DNA of 64,000 nt from a bacterium (GTDB lineage Bacteria; Patescibacteriota; Microgenomatia; UBA8517): the NCBI GenBank assembly GCA_021824915.1, contig JAKAJP010000018.1, positions 596 to 64,595 of the forward strand, written 5' to 3'. The notes under the pieces were generated by a model. That model searched no databases. It saw only the letters and a program-made list of their open reading frames with translations, and was not told the DNA's origin. How positions within the stretch are numbered: position 1 is the first letter of the stretch; each line of letters opens with the position of its first letter. This document shows positions 1 through 9,863 of the stretch, piece after piece. The position numbers were made by a program, and so were the translations under genes.

Positions 1-702
1 CAATTGATGAGTGGACTTAATGTTGCAATTATCGCTCCCGCTTGGTCGCTTCTTTTGGGACGCCTGTCCTTAAAAAACTTGGCGTTGATACCTGTTAAGT
101 TTATGATAGGCAGAGTCAGTTTTGATAATAAATTAATTTACTTCTTAATTACGGCTTTTTTGGGATCGCTTTTTAGCTGGCTGATATATAGAGGAAGGAA
201 GGTCGGAAGATTGGTTTGGTTATGGTTAGTTGTTCCATTATTTTTCGCGGCAATTTTAAGTTTCAGGATATCTATTTTAACCTATTTCCGTTTTCTTTTT
301 ATCCTACCAGCCTTTTACATTATTATTGCAGCGGGTATTAAAAGACTGGGGAAATATTCAAAATTGATGACTTTTCTTGTTTTGGTAATAAACTTGACTC
401 TCATTGGTTATTATGTCGCTAATCCCAGGTTTCACCGTGAAGATTGGAGAGCTGCAGCGAAGATGATAGGTAATGACCAGATAGTTTTACCTGCAGATTC
501 CCAGAAGGAAGCACTTACCTATTATGGCAAAGCCGGCCAAATAGTCACAGACCCTACCGGTAATACAATTTGGCTCTCAAGGTACGTTGCAGAGGTTTTT
601 GATCCTAGGGATTTGGTAAGGAAAAAAGTCGAGAACCTTGGGTATAATAAGGTGGCAGAATACAACTTCAACGGAGTCGTATTCTGGAAGTACAGAAAAT
701 AA
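1..702 (+). CDS. C-terminal portion of a GT-C-type membrane glycosyltransferase (PMT/ArnT/GT39-like); the 5' end lies outside the window
   Basis: The reading frame is open from base 1, so the ORF-track start at 4 is not the true start. The translation has multiple TM helices followed by a ~100-aa soluble tail whose pattern resembles the C-terminus of the 6335-7810 paralogue in the same locus. Confidence 0.4.
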   Translation, partial: QLMSGLNVAIIAPAWSLLLGRLSLKNLALIPVKFMIGRVSFDNKLIYFLITAFLGSLFSWLIYRGRKVGRLVWLWLVVPLFFAAILSFRISILTYFRFLFILPAFYIIIAAGIKRLGKYSKLMTFLVLVINLTLIGYYVANPRFHREDWRAAAKMIGNDQIVLPADSQKEALTYYGKAGQIVTDPTGNTIWLSRYVAEVFDPRDLVRKKVENLGYNKVAEYNFNGVVFWKYRK

Positions 703-747
703 TAAGCGAAGCTTGGCAAAATTTGTTTTTATGAAAGGAGGAATTTT

Positions 748-1806
748 ATGAAAATCGGAATAGATATATCTCAAGTTGTTTATGGCACGGGTGTCTCGCT
801 CTATACGAAAAACCTGTTTTCGAATCTTCTTAAGATTGATCGGCAGGATGAATATATTCTTTTCGCAGGAACTTTGAGGAGAAAAGCGGATATTTTGAGA
901 ATATTCCCTCAAACCAGAGTTTTTCCTGTTCCGCCGACGTTGGCTGATATCCTTTGGAATAGGCTCCATGTTTTGCCTATTGAGAAGCTGATCGGGCCTG
1001 TTGACGTCTTCCACTCCTCAGATTGGGCCGAACCACCCTCGATGGCTTTCAAAGTGACAACGGTTCACGACTTAATTCCGTTAAAATTTCCAAAGCTTAT
1101 TCATAGGCGAATTTTGGAAACCCACGTCAGGCGTTTGGAATGGGTTAAGAAGGAGTCAAATCGGGTTATTGTTCCATCAAGATCTACCATGGAGGATCTG
1201 GTTAATTACGGAGTATCAGAAAGTAAAATCAGGATTATTCCGGAGGCTGGCATTTTAACAAGATCGGATGGTGAATATATATCTAAAGCGAAGGCGAAAT
1301 ATAAGATTTTGGGGGATTATCTTGTGGCCTTTGCCTCCGGGCCGTACAAAAATATAAGTAGGATCAAGAAAGCTTTTGAGCTATCCTCTGCCGGAAAAAA
1401 TCTGAAGCTGGTTATTATCGGTAGGCAAAGTATGAACTTGGTTAAAGAGGATAGAAACGTGAGGTTAACCGGTTATATCTCCGAAAGTGAACTTGCGGCA
1501 TTAATCTCCGGTTCGCGAGGATTAATCTTTGCATCTCTATATGAGGGTTTTGGTCAGCCAATTCTTGATGCTTTTTCCTGCAAAGTGCCGGTGGTGACCT
1601 CAAATATTGGGAGCATGCCGGAGATTGCCGGGGAGGCAGCAGTGTTGGTTGACCCTTATTCTACCGAGTCGATCTCGGAAGGTATCGAGAAGATCTTGCG
1701 GGGTCCAAAGGCTTATATCGAAAAGGGGACTCGGCGTGTATCTGAATTTTCTTGGCAAAAGACGGCGGAAATGACATTGAAAGTGTACAAGGAGGTCGGA
1801 AAATGA
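748..1806 (+). CDS. Glycosyltransferase family 4 (GT-B, retaining)
   Basis: C-terminal GT4 signature 'EGFGQPILDAFSCKVPVVTSNIGSMPEIAG'. A strong RBS AAAGGAGG sits 7 nt upstream of the ATG at 748. Confidence 0.8.
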   Translation: MKIGIDISQVVYGTGVSLYTKNLFSNLLKIDRQDEYILFAGTLRRKADILRIFPQTRVFPVPPTLADILWNRLHVLPIEKLIGPVDVFHSSDWAEPPSMAFKVTTVHDLIPLKFPKLIHRRILETHVRRLEWVKKESNRVIVPSRSTMEDLVNYGVSESKIRIIPEAGILTRSDGEYISKAKAKYKILGDYLVAFASGPYKNISRIKKAFELSSAGKNLKLVIIGRQSMNLVKEDRNVRLTGYISESELAALISGSRGLIFASLYEGFGQPILDAFSCKVPVVTSNIGSMPEIAGEAAVLVDPYSTESISEGIEKILRGPKAYIEKGTRRVSEFSWQKTAEMTLKVYKEVGK

Positions 1807-2921
1807 TCGTTGGGATTGACGGAAATGAGGCTAATATAACCGGACGTGTCGGCATAAATGTCTATGCCTACCAGCTTCTTTGGAATTTATGGAAACTACA
1901 GGATGAGTGGAAGAATGAGATGAGTCTTATAGTTTACCTTAAAAACAATCCCTTATCCGATCTTCCGAAGGAAACACAAAGCTTTAAGTATAAAGTTATT
2001 AAGGGGGATGCAAACTGGATATTGAGTAAACTCACACCGGAGTTATTTTTTGGCAGTCCCCATACCGATGTTTTCTTTACGCCCAGTCATTATATTCCGC
2101 CCTTGGCTCCCATGCCACGTGTCTGTTCGATTATGGACCTTGGATACCTCGAAAATACGGGGCAATTTTCAAAAAAAGTGTTTTGGCAGTTAAAGTGGTG
2201 GAGTGCTATCTCCATTTTAGTATCAAAGAGGATCATAGCGATATCTAATAGTACAAAACAAGATATTGTACGACACTACCCGTTTGCTAGGAAAAAAATT
2301 TACGTTACGCATCTTGGTTATGACGACAAACGATTTAAAAGTGATATTTCAAAAGAAGTTGTGCGACGTGTCAAAAATAAGTACTCCATAGTTGATGACT
2401 ATATTCTTTATGTGGGCACATTGAAGCCCAGTAAAAACATTGAAGGTTTGATTGAGGCTTTTGCCGGCATCAAGACTAATTGCAAGCTGGTTATTGCCGG
2501 GAAAAAGGGATGGATGTACGAAACGATCTTTGAAAAGGTTAAAAAGCTAAAATTAACCAGCAGAGTCATCTTTACCGGTTTTGTTGATGAAGCAGACAAG
2601 CCCGCGTTAATAAAAGGAGCCAGAGTATTTGTTTTACCTTCGTTTTGGGAAGGGTTTGGCCTTGATGTATTAAGTGCTATGGCCGTTGGCGTGCCTGTTG
2701 TTGTTTCGAATGTGGGCAGCCTGCCAGAGGTTATTGGGAAAGCCGGAGTTCTGGTTGACCCCAATAGTATAAATAGTATAAGAGAAGGAATCTTAAAGAT
2801 TTTCTCTCTTCGATCTACCGAGTATAATAAGCTAATTAAAGCCGAGCTTACGCAGGTGAAAAATTTTTCCTGGGAAAAGTGCGCCCGCGAAACACTAAAA
2901 GTGCTTAAGGAAATTAAATGA
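1803..2921 (+). CDS. Glycosyltransferase family 4
   Basis: Signature 'EGFGLDVLSAMAVGVPVVVSNVGSLPEV'. The start is probably the ATG at 1803 (MIVGIDGNEAN), which overlaps the upstream stop by 4 nt (ATGA), rather than the TTG at 1752 given in the ORF track. Confidence 0.8.
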   Translation: MIVGIDGNEANITGRVGINVYAYQLLWNLWKLQDEWKNEMSLIVYLKNNPLSDLPKETQSFKYKVIKGDANWILSKLTPELFFGSPHTDVFFTPSHYIPPLAPMPRVCSIMDLGYLENTGQFSKKVFWQLKWWSAISILVSKRIIAISNSTKQDIVRHYPFARKKIYVTHLGYDDKRFKSDISKEVVRRVKNKYSIVDDYILYVGTLKPSKNIEGLIEAFAGIKTNCKLVIAGKKGWMYETIFEKVKKLKLTSRVIFTGFVDEADKPALIKGARVFVLPSFWEGFGLDVLSAMAVGVPVVVSNVGSLPEVIGKAGVLVDPNSINSIREGILKIFSLRSTEYNKLIKAELTQVKNFSWEKCARETLKVLKEIK

Positions 2922-3535
2922 CATCGATATTTAAGGATAAAACAGGAAGAAAATTGAGTTGGGGTGAGGCTACCCTTAAAATTTTGAGTAGATTTTTGAA
3001 TTATTTCTTAGACTTTGAGCTCATGATTTTGAGGTGTGTTGGACACATTCCCTCACATTTAATAAGAAAATTCTTTTATTTTTTGGCAGGTATAAAAATG
3101 GGTAAGGGTTCTGTCATTCATATGTGGGCTAATTTTTTTGATCCTACCGGGGTTGAGGTTGGTGAGGACACAATTATTGGGGATCATGCATTTTTAGACG
3201 GAAGGTCAAAATTAAAAATTGGTGATCATACGGACATTGCCTCCTCTGTGATGATTTACAATTCGGAGCATAATATTAATGATAATGATTTTGCTGTGGT
3301 TGAGAAAGTGACCACTGCACCGGTTGAGATTGGCGACTATGTTTTTATCGGTCCCAGAGTGATAATTCTTCCCGGGGTAAAAATCGGAAAGGGAGCGGTG
3401 GTTGGAGCGGGCGCGGTTGTAACAAAAGACGTTCCAGATTTTTCTATTGTTGGAGGGGTTCCAGCAAAAGTGATCGGTGAGCGTAAGAACAAGAATCCCA
3501 ACTACAGGCTAGGCCGTGCCAGGCTTTTTCAGTAA
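2918..3535 (+). CDS. Hexapeptide-repeat (LbH) sugar O-acetyltransferase (WcaF/maltose acetyltransferase-like)
   Basis: Imperfect hexapeptide repeats 'IGDHAFLDG...IGDHTDIAS...IGDYVFIGPRVIILPGVKIGKGAVVGAGAVVTKDVP'. ATGA overlap with the upstream gene. Confidence 0.75.
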   Translation: MTSIFKDKTGRKLSWGEATLKILSRFLNYFLDFELMILRCVGHIPSHLIRKFFYFLAGIKMGKGSVIHMWANFFDPTGVEVGEDTIIGDHAFLDGRSKLKIGDHTDIASSVMIYNSEHNINDNDFAVVEKVTTAPVEIGDYVFIGPRVIILPGVKIGKGAVVGAGAVVTKDVPDFSIVGGVPAKVIGERKNKNPNYRLGRARLFQ

Positions 3536-3537
3536 AC

Positions 3538-4056
3538 ATGAAAATATTTTCCAAGATAATCTTTGTTATTTTGTCTGTTTTGTTTTTAACCTACCTTGTA
3601 CTTCCGAGTCCAAGTTTCCCTAAGGCGCCGCCCGATTCGGTTCAATCCAGAGAACCGGCAGATACGGAAACACCTTTAAGGCGTGCCTATTTCACTAATT
3701 TTACTAGACAACAGGTGTTGGATTGGTATAAAGCGCAATTTGGTTACGGGTATTTACTTAATTATCCGCCGGAGGATGCGGGAACGATAATTCGTGATCA
3801 GACGCGAAGTACTTTCCTGCAAGAAGTGGTTCATCCTTTCAGAGAATCGGTCTATATAAATGGTTTTGAGCCTAAAGATCCTAAAGATGCAATAAATATA
3901 GAAGGAGTGAGCTGGAGACAAAAAATTATTGTTAGATTTGTTCCAAGCAGCCTTATCGTTCGGACTTCTCTATCCATTGCAACTTTGATTCTTCTATTCT
4001 TTTTGACGAGGGAATGGTATTTTGCATATAAAGACGCGAGGAAGATAATATCATGA
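3538..4056 (+). CDS. Hypothetical membrane protein (N- and C-terminal TM helices)
   Basis: ORF with hydrophobic N-terminus and C-terminal TM. No recognisable motif. Confidence 0.4.
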   Translation: MKIFSKIIFVILSVLFLTYLVLPSPSFPKAPPDSVQSREPADTETPLRRAYFTNFTRQQVLDWYKAQFGYGYLLNYPPEDAGTIIRDQTRSTFLQEVVHPFRESVYINGFEPKDPKDAINIEGVSWRQKIIVRFVPSSLIVRTSLSIATLILLFFLTREWYFAYKDARKIIS

Positions 4057-4967
4057 TTGAACTATCAATAGTAATAATTTCATCGAAAAAAGATTACTTA
4101 TTCAGTTGTCTGACCTCGCTTGAATCGACTCTTAGGGGAATTGAAAACGAAATAATCCTTGTTGATAACGCCTCCCCCGATCGTGTAGGGGATGAGGCAA
4201 AAAAGAAATTTCCACAAATAAAGGTCATAAGGCGCGAAAAGAATGGTGGGTTTGGAGAAAACAACAACATGGGCATGCGAATTGCGAGGGGAAAATACGT
4301 TCTGCTTTTGAACGATGACACGGAGATAATTGATAAGAAGATATTTGATGAGATGATTTTATGGATGGAAGAACACCCCAAGGTTGGAGTAGCAAGTTGC
4401 GGGCTTCTCAATACCGACAAAAAGACATTGCAAGGATCGGGTGGATATTTTCCCACCCTTCCGAGAGTACTAGCATGGATGACATTTATTGATGATATCC
4501 CCGGAGTTGATAGATTAATTAAACCTTATCACCCGCTTCATGGATGGTCACCCTTTTATAAAGGTGAAGGTTATTTTAAGTCCGTACATAAACAAGATTG
4601 GGTCACCGGGGCCTTTTTCCTGATGAGAAAGGAAGCAATGGATGAAGCTGGACTTTTTGATGAGGATTTCTTTTTATATGTTGAAGAGGTTGAGCTTGCT
4701 TATCGGTTTATTAAGGCTGGTTGGGAGATTTGGTATTTACCCAAGTGGAAAATAGTCCACTACGGGCAAGTTACTACAGGGAGCGAGAAGGCGATGATTT
4801 TTGAGCTTCAAAATTTACAATTATTCTACAAAAAACATATGAGCAGCTGGCAACTTCCCATACTCACTTTTATTCTTAAGCTCGGAGTGGTTTTACGCAT
4901 TGTTTTGTACGGCCTTACCAATCCCAGCGTAGCCAAAATTTATATAAAAGCCTATGCCGCAATTTAA
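4053..4967 (+). CDS. Glycosyltransferase family 2 (GT-A)
   Basis: N-terminal 'LSIVIISSKKDYLFSCLTSLE...ILVDNASPD' GT2 fold motifs and a DxD-like 'NDDTE'. ATGA overlap with upstream. Confidence 0.75.
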   Translation: MIELSIVIISSKKDYLFSCLTSLESTLRGIENEIILVDNASPDRVGDEAKKKFPQIKVIRREKNGGFGENNNMGMRIARGKYVLLLNDDTEIIDKKIFDEMILWMEEHPKVGVASCGLLNTDKKTLQGSGGYFPTLPRVLAWMTFIDDIPGVDRLIKPYHPLHGWSPFYKGEGYFKSVHKQDWVTGAFFLMRKEAMDEAGLFDEDFFLYVEEVELAYRFIKAGWEIWYLPKWKIVHYGQVTTGSEKAMIFELQNLQLFYKKHMSSWQLPILTFILKLGVVLRIVLYGLTNPSVAKIYIKAYAAI

Positions 4968-6351
4968 CCTGAATAAAATTCTAAAATATTTAGTTGCCGC
5001 TTCCATAATTACAATTCCTTTGTATCCCAAATTTCCCTTTTTGACGATACCGGGCACTTATGTTGCCGTGCGTCTTGAAGACTTCCTTTTGGCGATTTTA
5101 GCCATTTTTGTTTTGATTAAAATTTTGCCGAATTTAGGCAAATATCTTAAAAATAAAATTGTCGTTTCCGTGATATTGTTTACGGCAGCGGGACTTATTT
5201 CGTATCTTTACGGTGTATTTCTAACCAAAACCGTGGTTGCCCATATCGGCATATTGCATTGGTTAAGAAGAATTGAATACTTCATTCCTTTTTTTGCTGG
5301 CTGGGTAGTTATGAAGGGGGACAAAAACCCAAGGGAAACTTTGGAGTTTTTTGTGAAATGTTTGATGATTACAGTGTTTGTTGCTTTTATTTATGGCTTT
5401 GGTCAGAAACACTTCGGTTGGCCGGTAATTATTACCCAAAACGAAGAATATTCAAAGGGAATTGCACTAAGATGGATCCCAGGGAGCCATATTAACTCAA
5501 CCTTTGCCGGACATTACGATATGGCAAGTTACTTAGTGATTATGATGCCGATATTTTTGGCAATGCTTTTTGAAGTTAAGGGAGTCAAAACCAAAATTTT
5601 GCTGACGGCCGTTATACTATCCGGTATCTGGCTTTTGATCAACGCGATTTCCAGGATTTCGATTGTTTCTTATCTTTTGTCAGCGACTCTTTCACTTATT
5701 TTGATTAAGAAATACAAGGTAATTCCGGTTGTGTTGGTTATTAGTGTTGTTCTTTTTGCGGGGTCTTCAGATTTAATAGCCAGATATTTGAGGATTGTAC
5801 AAGTTACGATTATGGATGTCGGCAGAGTCAAAATTAATTATGTTCTGCCAAAATTTGAGGCTTATGCGGCAAGTGATGCGACAACTGTTATATTACAAGA
5901 AAAGACTCCTGCGGAAACACCCACCCCGACCCCGGTACCTGTCTTTGAGGATAGATCTACATCCATTAGATTGAATATCGAGTGGCCAAGAGCGATCCGT
6001 GCCTTTACAAAAGATCCTCTCTTGGGTACCGGTTATTCTTCAATAAATTTGGCGACAGACAACGACTTTCTAAGACTTTTGGGGGAAGTTGGATTAATCG
6101 GGTTTGCAGCGTTTTTGCTTGTCTTTGCGAGGATAGTTCTGACTTTGGTTGGCAGGATTCCTCTTGATAAATACTACAGTGGGATTGAAAAGGCTTTTCT
6201 TGCCGGTGTGATTGCGGCAGTTCCGGGAGCTTTTCTTAATTCCGTTTTTATTGATGTGTTTGAGGCCTCAAAATTTATGACCGCTTTTCTCCTGGTAGTT
6301 GGTATTGCCGTATATTTGGCAGAAAGGGGAGCTAATGAGCAAAATAATTAA
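4954..6351 (+). CDS. Wzy/WaaL-type (O-antigen polymerase/ligase family, Wzy_C-like) polytopic membrane protein
   Basis: More than 10 predicted TM helices. A large loop ends in 'DNDFLRLLGEVGLIGFAAFLLVF', which resembles the Wzy_C/WaaL conserved region. A Pro/Thr-rich linker (TPAETPTPTPVPV) lies in the loop. Confidence 0.55.
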   Translation: MPQFNLNKILKYLVAASIITIPLYPKFPFLTIPGTYVAVRLEDFLLAILAIFVLIKILPNLGKYLKNKIVVSVILFTAAGLISYLYGVFLTKTVVAHIGILHWLRRIEYFIPFFAGWVVMKGDKNPRETLEFFVKCLMITVFVAFIYGFGQKHFGWPVIITQNEEYSKGIALRWIPGSHINSTFAGHYDMASYLVIMMPIFLAMLFEVKGVKTKILLTAVILSGIWLLINAISRISIVSYLLSATLSLILIKKYKVIPVVLVISVVLFAGSSDLIARYLRIVQVTIMDVGRVKINYVLPKFEAYAASDATTVILQEKTPAETPTPTPVPVFEDRSTSIRLNIEWPRAIRAFTKDPLLGTGYSSINLATDNDFLRLLGEVGLIGFAAFLLVFARIVLTLVGRIPLDKYYSGIEKAFLAGVIAAVPGAFLNSVFIDVFEASKFMTAFLLVVGIAVYLAERGANEQNN

Positions 6352-7810
6352 CTCTCTCTTCAAGAAGGGCGTTTTTGAGTATATTATTTTATCAATTATA
6401 CTTATAGTAGGGTTTGCGGTCAGGTTGTATAAAATAAATAACCCTATTGCAGATTGGCATTCTTGGCGTCAGGCAGACACGGCTTCGGTTACCAGGACCT
6501 ATGTCGAACGTGGAATTAATTTTCTTTACCCCAAGTACCACGACATAAGTAGTATACAAACAGGTATCTTTAATCCTCAAGGATATCGAATGGTTGAGTT
6601 TCCTATTTATAACGTCATTCATGCGCTACTATTTGAGAATTTTCCTCGCTTTAATCTTGAGACTTGGGGCAGGCTTTTAACTGCTTTTACTACAATTTTA
6701 ACCGCTTTTTTCCTTTACCTAATTGGAAGGAGATTGATGGGAAGAACGGGAGGGATTTTGGCGGCCATATTCTATCTTTTTATTCCTTTTAATATTTATT
6801 TTAGCAGGGTGGTTTTGCCGGATCCTATGGGCGTAACTTTTGCCGTAATATCAATTTGGGCATACTTGGAGTTTTTTTACAACGATAAGAAGATTTTATT
6901 TATCACCTCTGCGGTCTTTTTTGCCCTTGCCTTACTTATTAAACCATACCTCGGCTTTTATTTATTCCCCATTGCCTACTTGGCAGTTAAGAAGTATGGG
7001 GTAAAGAGTTTTTTGAAAAGGAAAAATGTAATTTTTGGGACTATTATCTTTTTCTTAATAGCTTTTCTCCCATTTGCTATTTGGCGCGTCTGGGAAGCAA
7101 AATTTCCTGAAGGCATACCCTTTTATACATGGGCTTTTAACGGCAACCATATCCGTTTTAGACCATCGTTCTGGTACTGGATTTTTGGTGAACGCTTAGG
7201 ACATTTGATACTTGGTTCCCTTGGTTTAATTCCCTTTACTTTTGGGATATTGCATACCAAGGTCAAAAATTATTTTGTGCATGCACTTTTGGCGGGAGCT
7301 TTGTTTTATGTGATTGCTGTTGCGGATGCGAATACAATGCATGATTATTATCAAATCTTAATTATTCCGGCAATTGCATTAGGCCTTGCCGCCGGAAGCA
7401 TCTACCTTTGGTCGCAGAAAATATTCAACACGCTCCTTGCCAGACTGATTCTTGTCTTTTCCGTGGGTGTAATGCTCATTACCGGTTGGAATCAAATTTC
7501 CGGAAATTACAATATTAATCACCCCGAAATACTTACTGCAGGAGCCGAGGTGGATAAAATTACACCCAAGGATGCAATTGTTATTGCTCCATATAATGGA
7601 GATACGGCGTTTTTGTATGCGACAAAGAGATGGGGCTGGCCGGCGATTGATGATTCTGTCGATAATATAATTGCAAAGGGTGCAAGCTACTACGTTTCGG
7701 TCAATTTGAGTGATGGTGACACAAAGATGATCGAATCCAGATTTAAGACGGTTGAGAAAACCGACAAATTTATAATTATTAATCTCCGACAGCCTTTAAA
7801 AATACAATGA
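6335..7810 (+). CDS. GT-C superfamily membrane glycosyltransferase (PMT/ArnT, GT39/GT83-like)
   Basis: About 490 aa and polytopic, with a periplasmic loop after TM1 and a soluble C-terminal tail, an architecture typical of PMT_2/ArnT enzymes. The start is probably the ATG at 6335 (MSKIINS), preceded by GGGGAG. Confidence 0.5.
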   Translation: MSKIINSLFKKGVFEYIILSIILIVGFAVRLYKINNPIADWHSWRQADTASVTRTYVERGINFLYPKYHDISSIQTGIFNPQGYRMVEFPIYNVIHALLFENFPRFNLETWGRLLTAFTTILTAFFLYLIGRRLMGRTGGILAAIFYLFIPFNIYFSRVVLPDPMGVTFAVISIWAYLEFFYNDKKILFITSAVFFALALLIKPYLGFYLFPIAYLAVKKYGVKSFLKRKNVIFGTIIFFLIAFLPFAIWRVWEAKFPEGIPFYTWAFNGNHIRFRPSFWYWIFGERLGHLILGSLGLIPFTFGILHTKVKNYFVHALLAGALFYVIAVADANTMHDYYQILIIPAIALGLAAGSIYLWSQKIFNTLLARLILVFSVGVMLITGWNQISGNYNINHPEILTAGAEVDKITPKDAIVIAPYNGDTAFLYATKRWGWPAIDDSVDNIIAKGASYYVSVNLSDGDTKMIESRFKTVEKTDKFIIINLRQPLKIQ

Positions 7811-9015
7811 AGATATTGATGCTTACTCCTTATCTGCCTTTTCCTCCGTCATCCGGTGGGCAAATACGATCATATAATCTTATTAAACATCTTTCTAAAA
7901 AGCACGAAATAACTCTATTTTGCTACATAAGGAGGAAGGAAGAAGAAAGGTACCTACCTGAACTTAAGAAATACTGTAAAAAAGTGAAAGTTTTTGTAAG
8001 AAGGAAAGCTTGGAATCCGTTAAATGTGCTTTTGGCAGGCCTTACTCAGTATCCGTTTTTGGTTTGTATATATTTGTCTAATGCTTTCAAAAAAGCGGTA
8101 ACGGAAGAGCTTGCGGGGGCTCCCTACGACCTTATTCATGCTGAAACTTTTTATGTTATGACCAATATCCCGAAGACCAATACCCCGATTCTTTTGGTTG
8201 AGCAAACGATTGAGTATCTTGTTTACAAGCATTATGTAGAAGGACTTAAAAATGTATTTTTGAAGTGGCTTCTTTCCATTGATGTTGCAAAGTTGCGTTT
8301 CTGGGAAACATATTACTGGAAAAAGGCGGATGAAGTGGTTGCGGTTTCCGCGGCTGACAAAGATGAGATGTTGAAGTTGGCACCTCAACTAAAAGTAGAT
8401 CTTGTGCCCAACGGAGTTAACTTAGATTTCTTCAGTGTCAAAAAGAATTGGTCGGACGCTAACCCCAGAATTTTGTTTGTAGCCAATTTTAAGTGGTTGC
8501 AGAATATTGAAGCCGCCCGTTTGCTTTTGGATGAAGTTTTTCCCAGAGTGCACGCAAAATTTCAAAGAGCAAAGGTCTGGGTGGTGGGACAGTTTGTGCC
8601 GGACACAATTAAAAAATACCGATCAAAGGACGTAATCATTGAACCTCTTCAGGAGAGCGATCAGGAGGGCATAAAAAAAGCCTATTACGATTCCTCCGTA
8701 TTTGTTTCTCCGTTAAGGGGTCCCGGCGGAACCAGGTTAAAGCATTTTGGTGCAATGGCGGCAAAGTTGCCGTTAATTACTACGACCGTTGGAGCTGAAG
8801 GATTAGGGGCTAAAGATGGTAAGGAAATTATTATAAGGGACGACCCTGAAGGGATTTCTGATGCTGTTTTGAAGGTTTTGTCCGATGAAAAATACTCCAA
8901 AAAAATAGCCGAAAATGCTAGAGCCCTAGTTGAAGAAAAATATAGTTGGTATAAAATGGGGCAACTGCTCGACGAGATATATGAAAAAACCGGAACTTTC
9001 CGTAATAATTCTTAA
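7807..9015 (+). CDS. Glycosyltransferase family 4
   Basis: N-terminal 'KILMLTPYLPFPPSSGGQIRSYNL' and a C-terminal GT-B nucleotide-binding region. ATGA overlap with upstream. Confidence 0.75.
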   Translation: MKILMLTPYLPFPPSSGGQIRSYNLIKHLSKKHEITLFCYIRRKEEERYLPELKKYCKKVKVFVRRKAWNPLNVLLAGLTQYPFLVCIYLSNAFKKAVTEELAGAPYDLIHAETFYVMTNIPKTNTPILLVEQTIEYLVYKHYVEGLKNVFLKWLLSIDVAKLRFWETYYWKKADEVVAVSAADKDEMLKLAPQLKVDLVPNGVNLDFFSVKKNWSDANPRILFVANFKWLQNIEAARLLLDEVFPRVHAKFQRAKVWVVGQFVPDTIKKYRSKDVIIEPLQESDQEGIKKAYYDSSVFVSPLRGPGGTRLKHFGAMAAKLPLITTTVGAEGLGAKDGKEIIIRDDPEGISDAVLKVLSDEKYSKKIAENARALVEEKYSWYKMGQLLDEIYEKTGTFRNNS

Positions 9016-9862
9016 CTACAACACAAAAGAGCTTTTGGAGGATTGCCTTAATTCTGTTAAAGATCATATGGACGAGGTCGACCTGGAAGTTATTGTTTCC
9101 GATAACTCTTCAACTGACGGCAGCCCCGATATGGTCAGAAAAAAGTTTCCCTGGGTAAAGCTTATAGAAGGTCCGAACGAAGGTTTTTCCAAGGGAAATA
9201 ATCGTGCCAAGCCATTAGTGAAAGGTGAAATGGTTCTTTTCTTAAATCCGGACACTATTGTTCACGACAATGTTTTTGCCTGGACGGTCAGATACCTGAA
9301 GGAACATTCGGATGTTGGGGCGGTCACTTGTAAACTTGTGTTGCCCAGCGGAAAGATGGATAAGGACATAAGACGCAGATTTCCTACTCCTTGGATTTCT
9401 TTTCAGCACCTTGTACTGGGAATGAATAAAGCTTATTGGTACGAAGATATCCCTGAGGATGCGACTCACACAGTTGATGCGATTCAGGGAGCATTCTTTT
9501 TAACCTGGAAGAAGATACTTGATAAAGTCGGCTGGTATGATCCGGCATACTTTTTTGACGGAGAGGATGTTGACCTTTGCTACCAAATTCATAAGGCCGG
9601 GTATAAATTAGTTTACTATCCGGATACATATATAACCCACCTTAAAGGAGTGACTAAAGGCAAAGTGGCAAAATGGAAGTTTAAGGTCACGCCCCAGCAA
9701 AGAAAAAAGCTAAGACTTGCGGGTGTGGCATCCATGGAGAGGTTCTTTAAGAAAAATTTGTGGAATAAGTATCCGATCTGGTTTGATTATTTTGTTCTTC
9801 TTGGAATTAATCTTTTTAAGGTTGTTAGATATATAAGGGTGGCGTTGCTTTCCTCTTATTAA
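8981..9862 (+). CDS. Glycosyltransferase family 2
   Basis: The likely true start is MKKPELSVIILNYNTKELLEDCL. 'VIVSDNSSTDGS' and 'FLNPDT' are GT2 motifs. Overlaps the upstream gene by 35 nt. Confidence 0.75.
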   Translation: MKKPELSVIILNYNTKELLEDCLNSVKDHMDEVDLEVIVSDNSSTDGSPDMVRKKFPWVKLIEGPNEGFSKGNNRAKPLVKGEMVLFLNPDTIVHDNVFAWTVRYLKEHSDVGAVTCKLVLPSGKMDKDIRRRFPTPWISFQHLVLGMNKAYWYEDIPEDATHTVDAIQGAFFLTWKKILDKVGWYDPAYFFDGEDVDLCYQIHKAGYKLVYYPDTYITHLKGVTKGKVAKWKFKVTPQQRKKLRLAGVASMERFFKKNLWNKYPIWFDYFVLLGINLFKVVRYIRVALLSSY

Positions 9863-9863
9863 A

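Noticed and set aside
577-1014. Antisense ORFs listed in the six-frame track (e.g. 577-1014 -, 2408-2764 -, 4094-4456 -, 35243-35701 -, 53445-53996 -, 54998-55303 -)
   Set aside because: Each lies wholly inside a longer ORF on the opposite strand that has clear family motifs. They have no RBS or start context and a low-complexity composition, so they are shadow ORFs.
1752-1802. Upstream TTG start (1752) for the second GT4 gene, and similar far-upstream alternative starts at 6299, 8930, 28190, 32464, 37444, 40391, 50212 and 62656
   Set aside because: The ORF track takes the most upstream ATG/GTG/TTG. Downstream ATGs give N-termini matching the family consensus and 1-35 nt overlaps typical of this operon. 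The 62656 start lies inside the tRNA-Val gene.
5982-6167. Internal plus-strand 61-aa ORF inside the Wzy-like gene in another frame
   Set aside because: It is fully embedded in a well-supported membrane-protein gene.
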